Shown: positions 35,388-46,321, counted from the stretch's first letter. The stretch is 64,000 nt of DNA from Tubulanus polymorphus (GCF_964204645.1 NC_134027.1:15346485-15410484); one strand, 5' to 3'. Program-made: numbers and translations. The notes: generated from the letters alone by a model not told the origin.

Positions 35388-36635
35388 ATGAGTGGGAGTT
35401 ATATAAGTCCTATAAAGATTTCTAGAATATCTAACGCTATTAAAGCAGAAAGATCACATCATATAATTACTCATAACCCTTCAAATATTAATCCCGATGA
35501 AACTTTATATGTTAGAATTCCTAGATTAACACAAAATACTTTTTATGTTCCAAATAGTGTTTATTTATCAGCTGATATAAAAGTAATCGGTAATAATAAT
35601 AATTATGTTGTTGATAATGTTGGAAGATATTTGATTAAAAAGTTAACAATAAAGATTGGTCCGGAAACAGTTTTCTCATTAGATGATTATAATTTATTTA
35701 TGCATTATAAAGATTTATGGTTAACTAAAGAAAATAGAAATAATATGATATTTCAAGGAATTCAATCAGAAAACCAAAATAAATTAAGATCAGAAGCTAA
35801 TAGCGCAATATTAACAAATGATGTAGATAAATTGATAAAAAGTATATATGGAAGCAAATATAAAATTCCATTAGACTTTGAATTGATAAATAATAATGCA
35901 CCTTTATATAAATACGCAATTCAAGAAGATATTATATTTGAGATAACATTTGCTCCTGTAAATGAAATTGTATTATCTAGCGTTAATAAAGATATGAGTT
36001 ATAAATTATCGAATATATGTTTAGAATATGACACAGTAACTGATGAAAATATTTCAAGTATAATTCAAACTCAATACAATCAAGGGTTTTCATTATTATA
36101 TGATTATATTGATAAATTTAAAACTGTAACTATTAATGCAAATGATGAAATAATTAATGAGAATATTAACTTCCCAAGAAGATCTATTAAAGGTATATTA
36201 ATATTTTTTACCATTGGAACGTATACTAATGGTGCAATAAATGTTGATAATTATTATAATCCTGAAATAACAAAAGTAGAAATAACTATCGAAGGAATAG
36301 CAAATAAAATATTTTGTCAAGGAATGAGAATGATAGATCAATGGGTAGAAATTAAAAAACATTTTATGAATGAAAAAGTAAAATCATTTGAAAATTGTAA
36401 CATTAATCAAATTGATTATTATACCGGCAATAAATATGCATTATGGTTAGATTTTAGAACAACTGAAGATAACTTATTACATGGTTCTGGGAAAAAATTA
36501 CAAAATACAAAAGATGGGATCCAATTATTCATGAAAAAGAATAAAGGAATCAAAAATTTTAAAATGCACATTTATATTATATCTGATGCACAATTAAATA
36601 TTGTAAATTCACAATTAGATAGTATTCAATATTAG
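35388..36635 (+). CDS. Putative major capsid protein (double jelly-roll, 415 aa)
   Basis: Size and beta-rich pattern (ITHNPSNI...LYVRIP.L....VP.SVYLSADI, YKIPLDF, LSNICLEYD, NINFPRRSIKGIL, ALWLDFRT, MHIYIISDA) as in invertebrate Polinton MCPs; adjacent to integrase and ATPase. Confidence 0.75.
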   Translation: MSGSYISPIKISRISNAIKAERSHHIITHNPSNINPDETLYVRIPRLTQNTFYVPNSVYLSADIKVIGNNNNYVVDNVGRYLIKKLTIKIGPETVFSLDDYNLFMHYKDLWLTKENRNNMIFQGIQSENQNKLRSEANSAILTNDVDKLIKSIYGSKYKIPLDFELINNNAPLYKYAIQEDIIFEITFAPVNEIVLSSVNKDMSYKLSNICLEYDTVTDENISSIIQTQYNQGFSLLYDYIDKFKTVTINANDEIINENINFPRRSIKGILIFFTIGTYTNGAINVDNYYNPEITKVEITIEGIANKIFCQGMRMIDQWVEIKKHFMNEKVKSFENCNINQIDYYTGNKYALWLDFRTTEDNLLHGSGKKLQNTKDGIQLFMKKNKGIKNFKMHIYIISDAQLNIVNSQLDSIQY

Positions 36636-36665
36636 AAATATAAAGTTAAAATTAAGGATATATAA

Positions 36666-37793
36666 ATGGGTGGTAAAAAAACTCCTAATACTAAAGAACA
36701 ATATTTAAGAAATTTATATTACAACCCTGAGAGTTCGGTTGCTTATTCTTCTACCAAAAATATATGGAGTAAAGTAAAACAAGATAAATTAGATAAGATA
36801 ATCCCACAAAATGTAGTTAAATATAAAGATATAAATGAATTTATGTTAGAACAACCAACATATACAACACATAAAAAAATTGTTAGAAAATATAAAACTC
36901 GTAAAACTATGGTAAGTTATGTAGATCAACAGTGGCAAGGAGATTTAATTGATATGAAAAATGTTAAGAAAGCTAATGATGATTATTGGTGGTTATTGAA
37001 TATAATTGATATTTTTAGTCGTTATGTATGGAGTTTCCCACTTTATAGAAAAGATGCTGTACAAACATCAAATGTTTTAAGAAAATTTCTTTCAGGTGGT
37101 AAACTAAAACCAGAAAAAATACAATTTGATGATGGAAAAGAATTTGATAATTCATTAGTTCATGGACTTTTAGATTTTCATAATATTAAATATTTTTCGA
37201 CAAAATCGGATAAAAAAGCAGCAGTTGTTGAACGATTTAATAGAACATTGAGAACAAGAATGTCAAAATATTTCACAGCAAATAATACTTATAAATGGAT
37301 TGATGTTTTACCAAAATTTATAGAAGGATATAATAATTCTTATCATTCTTCTATTGGAATGAAACCTATTGATGCTAGAAAACCTGAAAATGCTGAAATT
37401 GTTTGGAATAATTTATATGGAGCATTTCTTGTTGTTGATTTTGGTGAACCTAAATTTAAAGTTGGTCAAAATGTTAGAATTTCTAAGTATAAAAAGATAT
37501 TTGACAAAGGATACGATCGAAATTTTACTAGAGAAATATACAAAATAAAAAAGGTAATAACAACAAAACCATATGTCTATAAATTAGAAGATTTAGATGG
37601 TGAAGAAGTTGATGGCTACTTTTACGAAGAAGAATTAAGTTTAACTACTGAAAATCTAGAACAAGAATATAAAATTGAAAAAGTACTAAAAACAAAAACT
37701 GTTAAAAGAAAAAAATATTCTTTAGTAAAATGGGTTGGATGGCCAGATAAATTCAATGAATGGATATTATCAAGTAAAATTAAAAATATATAA
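36666..37793 (+). CDS. int: Retroviral-like (rve) DDE integrase with C-terminal chromodomain
   Basis: WQGDLIDM, IDIFSRY, IQFDDGKEF, AVVERFNRTLR, YNNSYHSSIGMKP; chromodomain YKIEKVL...LVKWVGWPDKFNEWI. Confidence 0.95.
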   Translation: MGGKKTPNTKEQYLRNLYYNPESSVAYSSTKNIWSKVKQDKLDKIIPQNVVKYKDINEFMLEQPTYTTHKKIVRKYKTRKTMVSYVDQQWQGDLIDMKNVKKANDDYWWLLNIIDIFSRYVWSFPLYRKDAVQTSNVLRKFLSGGKLKPEKIQFDDGKEFDNSLVHGLLDFHNIKYFSTKSDKKAAVVERFNRTLRTRMSKYFTANNTYKWIDVLPKFIEGYNNSYHSSIGMKPIDARKPENAEIVWNNLYGAFLVVDFGEPKFKVGQNVRISKYKKIFDKGYDRNFTREIYKIKKVITTKPYVYKLEDLDGEEVDGYFYEEELSLTTENLEQEYKIEKVLKTKTVKRKKYSLVKWVGWPDKFNEWILSSKIKNI

Positions 37794-38360
37794 ATGAATA
37801 AGGAATTATTTATATTTGAGCCTCATAATATGTTAATTTCTGGTGTAACAAATTGTGGAAAAACTTATTTTATATTAAATTTATTAGAAACTGTTTATGA
37901 AAACTATTTTGATAATATAGTATTATTTTGTCCAACATATGAATTTAATCAAACTTATGATAGAAATATTACTAGAAATAATAAATTTATTATATTAAAT
38001 CCTAAAACAGTAAAAGAAAATTTAGATAATTGTATAAAAATAGCAATTGATATTTATAAAGGATCAAATACATTATTTATCATAGATGATTGTGCAAATT
38101 TACATGATTCTAAAATTAGAGAAAGCGAGTTATGTTATTTAGCTTTCTCTGGAAGACATTTTGGGATAACAACTTGGGTTTTAAATCAAAAATATAATTC
38201 AATTGTTAAAGATTTTAGAGAAAACATTAGATTTCTAGTTTTATTCTACAATAAAGATAGAAAATCGATGAAAAATGCACTTGAGGAAAATGATATTATT
38301 CCACATGATTTACATAATGAATATATGGATAAGTTGAAAAATATTAAAAGATCAAAATGA
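37794..38360 (+). CDS. A32/FtsK-like genome packaging ATPase (possibly ending at a premature TGA; frame stays open to 38402)
   Basis: Walker A GVTNCGKT, Walker B LFIIDD, GRHFGITTWVLNQ arginine-finger/motif. Confidence 0.92.
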   Translation: MNKELFIFEPHNMLISGVTNCGKTYFILNLLETVYENYFDNIVLFCPTYEFNQTYDRNITRNNKFIILNPKTVKENLDNCIKIAIDIYKGSNTLFIIDDCANLHDSKIRESELCYLAFSGRHFGITTWVLNQKYNSIVKDFRENIRFLVLFYNKDRKSMKNALEENDIIPHDLHNEYMDKLKNIKRSK

Positions 38361-38402
38361 CTATTTAGATTACAACACCCATTTAAATATGAATTTATTT
38401 AA

Positions 38403-38660
38403 ATTCAACTAGCTTGTTAATCTAGTTGAATTCTAGTTATTGGTAGTTGTAACAAAAATCAACTAGATTTAACAATATTTTAACTAGCTTGTCAATCTAG
38501 TCTAATTCTAGTTACATTCTAGTTGAATTCTAGTTGTTAGTAGTTGAAACAAAAATCAACTAGATTTAACAAGAAATAAACAAAAACAACAATATTTCAA
38601 CTAGCTTGTTAATCTAGTTGAATTCTAGTTACATTCTAGTTGAATTCTAGTTGCAACAAC
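38403..38660. repeat. Intergenic CTAG-rich repeat/palindrome array inside the Polinton
   Basis: 15 CTAG cores counted by eye; three copies of AACTAGCTTGTYAATCTAGT and runs of TTCTAGTT(GAA/ACA) at 11-bp spacing. Confidence 0.85.
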
Positions 38661-38684
38661 ACAACTAATTTATTTGTTTTATAA

Positions 38685-39290
38685 ATGGGAGGTGAAAAGA
38701 AAATAAAATCTAAAAATGGTGATGTTCCAATTGAAAAAACTTTAGATGATTTAGGAATAACAGAAACAAAATTAACTCCAGATGATGGTGCTTTAAATAA
38801 TGTTACAACAAATAATAATTATGAATATTATCTTTATTGTAAACATCAATTAGAAATATTAATAGCATCTGGAAAATGTAAAAATTTTGTCGGTAAAAAT
38901 TTAACTTATAATGAATTAGATACAATGAAATCAGATGAAATTATTAGATTATTTAAGATTTATGAATCCGCGAGAACAGCTAGAATTAATGACGCGATAT
39001 CAGAAAATGTAGTAAAAGGTTATAGTAAATTATGTAATTATATACTACCAATTGAAAATGAAAATAGATTATATTACGATTTAAAAAATGATTATTTAGT
39101 TATGACTGAATTAAATAAATGGATTGGATATTTATCATTTCAATTAGGTGGATTTATGACATTATTATCAACCGGGGTTATAACATTTTCAAATATTGAA
39201 AGTAAAAATATTTCTATAATAAATGAGCGAGGTGAAAGAAGTGAAGGAATTAACTGTGAAGAAAAAACCGAGAACTCAGAAACAAATTGA
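38685..39290 (+). CDS. Hypothetical Polinton protein with hydrophobic C-terminal segment (201 aa)
   Basis: ORF with TAAATG start; WIGYLSFQLGGFMTLLSTGVITF. Confidence 0.75.
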   Translation: MGGEKKIKSKNGDVPIEKTLDDLGITETKLTPDDGALNNVTTNNNYEYYLYCKHQLEILIASGKCKNFVGKNLTYNELDTMKSDEIIRLFKIYESARTARINDAISENVVKGYSKLCNYILPIENENRLYYDLKNDYLVMTELNKWIGYLSFQLGGFMTLLSTGVITFSNIESKNISIINERGERSEGINCEEKTENSETN

Positions 39291-39591
39291 ATGGTCTCGA
39301 CAATTAGGAATTAAATCACAAGAATATAAAAAAGCTGTAAAAGAAAAAATAAGTAATAAAAATGTTAATAAAAATGGTGAAAATATTGTTATTTCTACTC
39401 CTTCTGATAGTAGAATATTTGATAAATATCTATATTTTACAGTTGGATTTGTAATTGTATTCATTTTGATTGGGTGTAATTGGTATAAGAAATCAAATAA
39501 AATTCATGATAGTAATAATTCTGAAACAACTGCTATCAAAAATGAAAATACTTCTGAAATTCCAAAATTGATAATAAAAAAAATGGATTAA
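39223..39591 (+). CDS. Basic single-TM protein (122 aa)
   Basis: KKKPRTQKQIEWSRQLG basic motif; TM YLYFTVGFVIVFILIGCNWY; TAAATG start overlapping the previous ORF. Confidence 0.75.
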   Translation: MSEVKEVKELTVKKKPRTQKQIEWSRQLGIKSQEYKKAVKEKISNKNVNKNGENIVISTPSDSRIFDKYLYFTVGFVIVFILIGCNWYKKSNKIHDSNNSETTAIKNENTSEIPKLIIKKMD

Positions 39592-39770
39592 TATTTTAGA
39601 AAAAAGCAAAAAAATAATTTTTTTAAATTAATTGAATATCTCACTACTTTTGTCTATCACTGTGTGGGTGCTGTTTATGGCACCATCTATGTGGAGCAAT
39701 TAAATTGTCCAGATAAGTCATTTCGGATTCTAGATATTCATTATTTCTATTAATTTATTTTTTTTTAAAT

Positions 39771-40097
39771 TTAATCAACAATTTCTAAATCATGATGACC
39801 GTCTTCATTTTTCCCATGATATATTATTTTAAATCCTACTAAATCTTTCAATTCCTCCGTACTCAATGAAACCCATTTATCGGGTAAAAACACTTTAAAT
39901 TCTCGCGATGTACTAACATTACAGTAGCTTAAATTAGCTGATACTTTCTCTCCATATTTAGTTTTTATCTTTTCTAATTTCAATATTTTATGTTCAATTT
40001 CTTTTGTAACATCAACTAACTTTTTTATTTCAAATTGTTTTTTTGCTGGTTTTATTCTGTTATTTATTGTTGCTAAGAATGCTTTTCTATCTCCCAT
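39771..40097 (-). CDS. Small basic protein starting inside the right TIR; possibly OB-fold ssDNA-binding
   Basis: ATG within the TIR; TKYGEKV...FKVFLP..W...IIYHG beta-rich pattern; function is a guess. Confidence 0.6.
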   Translation of the reverse strand: MGDRKAFLATINNRIKPAKKQFEIKKLVDVTKEIEHKILKLEKIKTKYGEKVSANLSYCNVSTSREFKVFLPDKWVSLSTEELKDLVGFKIIYHGKNEDGHHDLEIVD

Positions 40098-40213
40098 TTA
40101 TTAGGAAAAAAAATTACTTGTGGTGATGAGTGTTAGAAAAAAAATTATTTGTGGTGATGAGTGGTGTCTCGTCCTCTCGTCCTCTGATCTGAAAGCCTAC
40201 TTTCCCAATTACT
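40093..40213 (-). repeat. Right terminal inverted repeat (121 bp)
   Basis: Exact reverse complement of 23674-23794; followed by TSD CCCGAG. Confidence 0.97.
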
Positions 40214-40387
40214 CCCGAGTAACCCCCAATTTGACTATAACTATAAATTATGTTATGTTAAACCGCATTGGTGTTACTTGACACATCAAATGCGTATCCC
40301 GTATTGATATATTTCTTTTATCCACTTTTTAAATTATGAATAGCACGCCTGCTCAGAAAACCCGTTATCGCTGCTTTGCAGCTATAT

Positions 40388-41717
40388 TTATTATTATTAT
40401 TATTTTTTTTTTCCACACATTTTTTGTTAAAAGTACATAGGCTTTTTTACATTACCGCTGTTGCCGATACAATCCGTCTGATATCATTCAGCTCATTTCG
40501 ATCTACAAATACTCCGTGCGAATTTTGAAGAATCAACGTTACAAAAGCACTGTCGGGCCGTAAACATCGAAAATTGAAATGCCCCATTCAAAGAGCCGAC
40601 ATGTTTTTCTAAGACATCTTTCCGAAATCTACCGCACGTTTCTGGTCATATCGATTATCAATTCAAGCATAAATTAACAAATTTATTACCCAAAGATTGC
40701 ACATTCTGTCGCGGTTTTTAAAAACAAATTTTAACAATAACCCATTTTCCTCATCAAATTATAATACCAATACACAGGAAATTTACTACTTCAGATTTTA
40801 AAAGCACTGTCGAGCCGTAAACATCGACGAATCGACGTGTGTCACTACATCATCGTTCCGGGAATCAGCTGCGAGTTTCTCCTCATTCTGAGAATCAAAT
40901 CAAGTACAAATTAATTTATTACTACCAGTGATTTGGCTGCGGGTGTCAAGCAGTTAATTTAGCAATACCTATTTTTCTTTACCAAATTTACCGTGTTTAT
41001 ACTAAGATAAATCATAAGTGTACCGGGGAGTCGTAAGCCTAAACTAAACACGCCGAAGAGATATAGCGGAGAAAAGCTGTTATGTCGACGAGGTATCAAA
41101 ATAAAAGAATATATTACTTTATTCGGCCGCGGGCCTCTATATCAATACCATCAATACTCTATATTTCCTACAGTACATACCGATCATTGTCAAATCCACA
41201 AGGTATTTACTAAATACAAGTATATAACACACTCAGATCCGTATGCTGGACTCGCACCTGACATTCGGAGAAAGCGTTCGCTGTGGGGGAAAGGAGATCG
41301 TTCGCTGTGTCGCTTGAAGTGTTTATCGAGTTTTACGCGGCTTTAGGCCTACCGGTACTGAGCTATACTAAAACACAGTATAATTGTTGCCTTTATTAAC
41401 GGACTCATTGGATTGAACTTCAAAACAAAATTAACGATATTTAGGTGGGTTGTTATTCAATAGGCCTACGACCAATCTGTCCGGATGTTAGGCCTACGCA
41501 TATACATAGGCTAGTAGCCTCTACTAGGTTAAGCGTTGGCTGTGGGGGAAAGGAGATCGTTCGCTGTGTCGCTTGAAGTGTTTATCGAGTTTTACGCGAC
41601 CTTAAGGCTTTATAGTATGGTTGCTGATAAGGGCCATGCGTAAAAAAACACGTATATGCAAATGAGGGCGACATTATAACAAGACGACAAAACTAAAATA
41701 AGGCGACAAAACAATAA
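40388..41717 (+). repeat. 3' part of composite repeat copy C
   Basis: Matches ~13005-14044 and ~62520-63670. Confidence 0.88.
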
Positions 41718-44535
41718 TTTTGGTTTTGGCGCCCCCGACAATTCATTATTTTGGTTTTATCGCCTGCGACAATTTTTTTTTTGTCGCGGTTTTATCGCCT
41801 GCGACACTTCAATATTTTGGTTTTATCACCAGCGACAATTCATTATTTTGGTTTTATCGCCCGCAACAATACATTATTTTGGTTTTGTCGCCCGCGACAA
41901 TTCATTATTTTGGTTTTATCGCCCGCGACAATTCATTATTTTGGTTTTATCGACCGCAACAATTCATTGGTTTGGTTTTGTCGCCCGCGACAATTCAATA
42001 TTTTGGTTCTATCGCCCGCGACAATTCATTATTTTGGTTTTATCGCCCGCGACAATTTTTTTTTGTCGCGGTTTTATAGCCTGCGACAATTCAATATTTT
42101 GGTTTTATCGCCAGCGACAATTCATTATTTTGGTTTTATCGACCGCAACAATTCATTAGTTTGGTTTTGTCGCCCGCGACAATTCAATATTTTGGTTCTA
42201 TCGCTCGCGACAATTCATTATTTTGGTTTTATCGCCCGCGACAATTTGTTTTTTGTCGCGGTTTTATAGCCTGCGACAATTCAATATTTTGGTTTTATCG
42301 CCAGCGACAATTCATTATTTTGGTTTTATCGCCCGCAACAATTCATTAGTTTGGTTTTGTCGCCCGCGACAATTCAATATTTTGGTTTTGTCGCCCGGGA
42401 CAATTCATCATTTTGGTTTTATCGCCCGGGACAATTCATTATTTTGGTTTTATCGCCCACGACAGTTCATTATTTTGGTTTTGTAGCACGCGACAATTCA
42501 TTATTTTGGTTTTATCGCCTGCAACAATTTTTTTTTTGTCGCGGTTTTATCGCCTGCGACACTTCAATATTTTGGTTTTATCACCAGCGACAATTCATTA
42601 TTTTGGTTTTATCGCCCGCAACAATACATTATTTTGGTTTTGTCGCCCGCGACAATTCATTATTTTGGTTTTATCGCCCGGGACAATTCATTATTTTGGT
42701 TTTATCGCCCACGACAGTTCATTATTTTGGTTTTGTAGCACGCGACAATTCATTATTTTGGTTTTATCGCCTGCGACAATTTTTTTTTTGTCGCGGTTTT
42801 ATCGCCTGCGACACTTCAATATTTTGGTTTTATCACCAGCGACAATTCATTATTTTGGTTTTATCGCCCGCAACAATACATTATTTTGGTTTTGTCGCCC
42901 GCGACAATTCATTATTTTGGTTTTATCGCCCGCGACATTTCATTATTTTGGTTTTATCGCCTGCAACAATTCATTAGCTTGGTTTTGTCGCTCGGGACAA
43001 TTCATCATTTTGGTTTTATCGCCCGGGACAATTCATTATTTTGGTTTTATCGCCTGCGACAATTTTTTTTTTGTCGCGGTTTTATCGCCTGCGACACTTC
43101 AATATTTTGGTTTTATCACCAGCGACAATTCATTATTTTGGTTTTATCGCCCGCAACAATTCATTAGCTTGGTTTTGTCGCCCGCGACAATTCAATATTT
43201 TGGTTTTGTCGCTCGGGACAATTCATCATTTTGGTTTTATCGCCCGGGACAATTCATTATTTTGGTTTTATCGCCCACGACAGTTCATTATTTTGGTCTT
43301 GTAGCACGCGACAATTCATTATTTTGGTTTTATCGCCTGCGACAATTTTTTTTTTGTCGCGGTTTTATCGCCTGCGACACTTCAATATTTTGGTTTTATC
43401 ACCAGCGACAATTCATTATTTTGGTTTTATCGCCCGCAACAATACATTATTTTGGTTTTGTCGCCCGCGACAATTCATTATTTTGGTTTTATCGCCCGGG
43501 ACAATTCATTATTTTGGTTTTATCGCCCACGACAGTTCATTATTTTGGTTTTGTAGCACGCGACAATTCATTATTTTGGTTTTATCGTCTGCGACAATTT
43601 TTTTTTTTGTCGCGGTTTTATCGCCTGCGACACTTCAATATTTTGGTTTTATCACCAGCGACAATTCATTATTTTGGTTTTATCGCCCGCAACAATACAT
43701 TATTTTGGTTTTGTCGCCCGCGACAATTCATTATTTTGGTTTTATCGCCCGCGACATTTCATTATTTTGGTTTTATCGCCTGCGACAATTCAATATTTTG
43801 GTTTTATCGCCAGCGACAATTCATTATTTTGGTTTTATCGACCGCAACAATTCATTAGTTTGGTTTTGTCGCCCGCGACAATTCAATATTTTGGTTCTAT
43901 CGCCCGCGACAATTCATTATTTTGGTTTTATCGCCCGCGACAATTCATTATTTTGGTTTCGTCGCACGTGACAATTCATTATTTTGGTTTTATCGCCCGC
44001 GACAATTCATTATTTTGGTTTTATCGTCCGCGACAATTCAATATTTTGGTTTTATCACCAGCTACAATTCATTATTTTGGTTTTATCGCCCGCGACAATT
44101 CATTAGTTTGGTTTTGTCGCCCGCGACAATTCAATATTTTGGTTTTGTCCCACGCGACAATTCAATATTTTGGTTTTATCCCTGCGACAATTCAATATTT
44201 TGGTTTTATCGCCAGCGACAATTCATTATTTTGGTTTTATCACCCGTGACAATTCATTAGTTTGGTTTTGTCGCCCGCGACAATTCAATATTTTGGTTTT
44301 ATCACCTGCGACAATTCAATATTTTGGTTTTATCGCCAGCGACAATTCATTATTTTGGTTTTATCACCCGCGACAATTCATTAGTTTGGTTTTGTCGCCC
44401 GCGACAATTCAATATTTTGGTTTTGTTGCCCGCGACAATTCAAGATTTTGGTTTTATCGCCCGCGACAATTCATTTTTTTTTTGGTTTTGTCGCCCGCGA
44501 CAATTCAATATTTTGGTTTTATCGCCAGCGACAAA
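41718..44535 (+). repeat. 31-bp satellite array with higher-order duplications
   Basis: Same unit; recurring shortened unit GCGACAATTTTTTTTTGTCGCGG; 818-bp offset duplication (42413 vs 43231). Confidence 0.95.
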
Positions 44536-44539
44536 TGGT

Positions 44540-46321
44540 TAAGCGATAAAGGGCCTCGAGTTGTCGCGTTCAAACTCGACAAGTCGCCATATTTATGTCG
44601 ATATATCGCGTCAAGTCCACATGAATATGTCTACATATCGTGACGTTTTCACAACAAATTTCGCTTTTTTGCTCATTTTCCACGGGACAAGCCGTCATTT
44701 GAAGACATGTCTAAATGTAAGATGAGGACGCTAGTAATATGACGACTGAGTTTCAAGTCGTCATGAATATGTCGACTTGTCGCGAGGAAAATGGTCGAGA
44801 AAACGAAATATGTCGTCAAAACGTCACGATATATCGACTTGACGCGATATATCGCGGTATGTCGACATAAATATGGTGACTTGTCGAGTTGGAACGCGAC
44901 ATCTCGAGCCCCCTTATCGCTTCCGTAGATATAGTGTCGAATATTAAGGTCATTTTGGCATATTCTTTTTCTTTTAAAGTGATATTAAAGCGATCATTCA
45001 AGTGATCCTACTTAATGAAAGATCTACGGAAGCGATAAAGGGCCTGGAGTTGTCGCGTTCCAACTCGACAAGTCGCCATATTTATGTCGATATATCGCGA
45101 TATATCGCATCAAGTCAACATAAATATGTTGACGTATCGTGACGTTTTGACGACTTGAAACTCAGTCGTCATATCACTGGCGTCCCGATCTTTCAGCAAC
45201 GCCAGTCACATGGAGTCGTACGTGTTCTACTTTCTGCGACGCGACAAAATCGTAAGAACAAAGTTGAACAAACTTTTTTTTTGTCCAAACGAAAGGGTTT
45301 TTACGGAAGCGATAAGGGGCCTCGAGATGTCGCGTTCCAACTCGACAAGTCGTCATATTTATGTCGATATATCGCGATATATCGCGTCAAGTCGATATGA
45401 ATATGTCGATATATCGTGACGTTTTGACGACATATTCCGTTTTCTCGACCATTTTCCTCGCGACAAGTCGATATATTTATGACGACTTGATACTCAGTCG
45501 TCTTATTTCTGGTCTCTTCGTCTTCTATATCGGCGCGTCGTCAAATTTATGGCGACTTGTCGTGACCTTATTGCGACTTGTCGCGTTCAAACTCGACAAG
45601 TCGCCATATTTATGTCGATATATCGCGATATATCGCGTCAAGTCCACATGAATATGTCTACATATCGTGACGTTTTCACAACAAATTTCGCTTTTTTGCT
45701 CATTTTCCACGGGACAAGCCGTCATTTGAAGACATGTCTAAATGTAAGATGAGGACGCTAGTAATATGACGACTGAGTTTCAAGTCGTCATGAATATGTC
45801 GAGGGGGGAAAATGGTCGAGAAAACGAAATATGTCGTCAAAACGATACGATATATCGACTTGACGCGATATATCGCGGTATGTCGACATAAATATGGCGA
45901 CTTGTCGAGTTGGAACGCGACATCTCGAGCCCCCTTATCGCTTCCGTAGATATAGTGTCGAATATTAAGGTCATTTTGGCAGATTCTTTTTCTTTTAAAG
46001 TGATATTAAAGCGATCATTCAAGTGATCCTACTTAATGAAAGATCTACGGAAGCGATAAAGGGCCTGGAGTTGTCGCGTTCCAACTCGACAAGTCGCCAT
46101 ATTTATGTCGATATATCGCGATATATCGCATCAAGTCAACATAAATATGTTGACGTATCGTGACGTTTTGACGACTTGAAACTCAGTCGTCATATCACTG
46201 GCGTCCCGATCTTTCAGCAACGCCAGTCACATGGAGTCGTACGTGTTCTACTTTCTGCGACGCGACAAAATCGTAAGAACAAAGTTGAACAAACTTTTTT
46301 TTGTCCAAACGAAAGGGTTTT
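44540..46321. repeat. Cluster of TACGG...CCGTA non-autonomous elements; ~1020-bp tandem duplication
   Basis: Repeated end TACGGAAGCGATAA(A/G)GGGCC / CCCCTTATCGCTTCCGTA; ORF translations repeat at 44816/45837, 45155/46176 and 45361/46381. Confidence 0.85.

Larger units (their letters stand above)
23674..40213. mobile_element. Complete Polinton/Maverick (polintovirus/adintovirus-like endogenous virus), 16,540 bp
   Basis: 121-bp perfect TIRs, 5'-AG...CT-3' termini, TSD CCCGAG (23668-23673 and 40214-40219). Encodes pPolB, rve integrase, ATPase and capsid genes. Intronless, very AT-rich and densely packed. Confidence 0.97.
17435..40387 (+). mobile_element. Putative ~6.4-kb Helentron-type element that hosts the Polinton insertion
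   Basis: 5' end AGGGTTTTCTGACTTTCGTCGAAAACCC (subTIR + palindrome). 3' end CAGAAAACCC...GCTGCTTTGCAGCTATATT at 40355-40388. Removing the block rejoins composite repeat copy C exactly as in the uninterrupted copy at ~12990-13050. Confidence 0.6.

Noticed and set aside
39630-39755. Possible extra tiny hydrophobic Polinton gene after a T-tract and TAATTG
   Set aside because: No ATG and only ~23 codons; cannot be supported without homologues.
23674-40213. Polinton as contaminating free viral DNA or a bacterial prophage
   Set aside because: It is flanked by a 6-bp TSD and embedded in host repeats on both sides, and its gene set (pPolB, rve integrase with chromodomain) is eukaryotic Polinton-type.
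9518-44535. 31-bp palindromic repeats as a CRISPR array
   Set aside because: Units are head-to-tail with no unique spacers, there are no cas genes and the context is eukaryotic; this is a satellite.
9474-44643. Dozens of ORFs with repeating FGFVARDNSLFWFCRPRQFIILVLSPATIHY
   Set aside because: Translation artefacts of a stop-free 31-bp satellite, open in all three frames.
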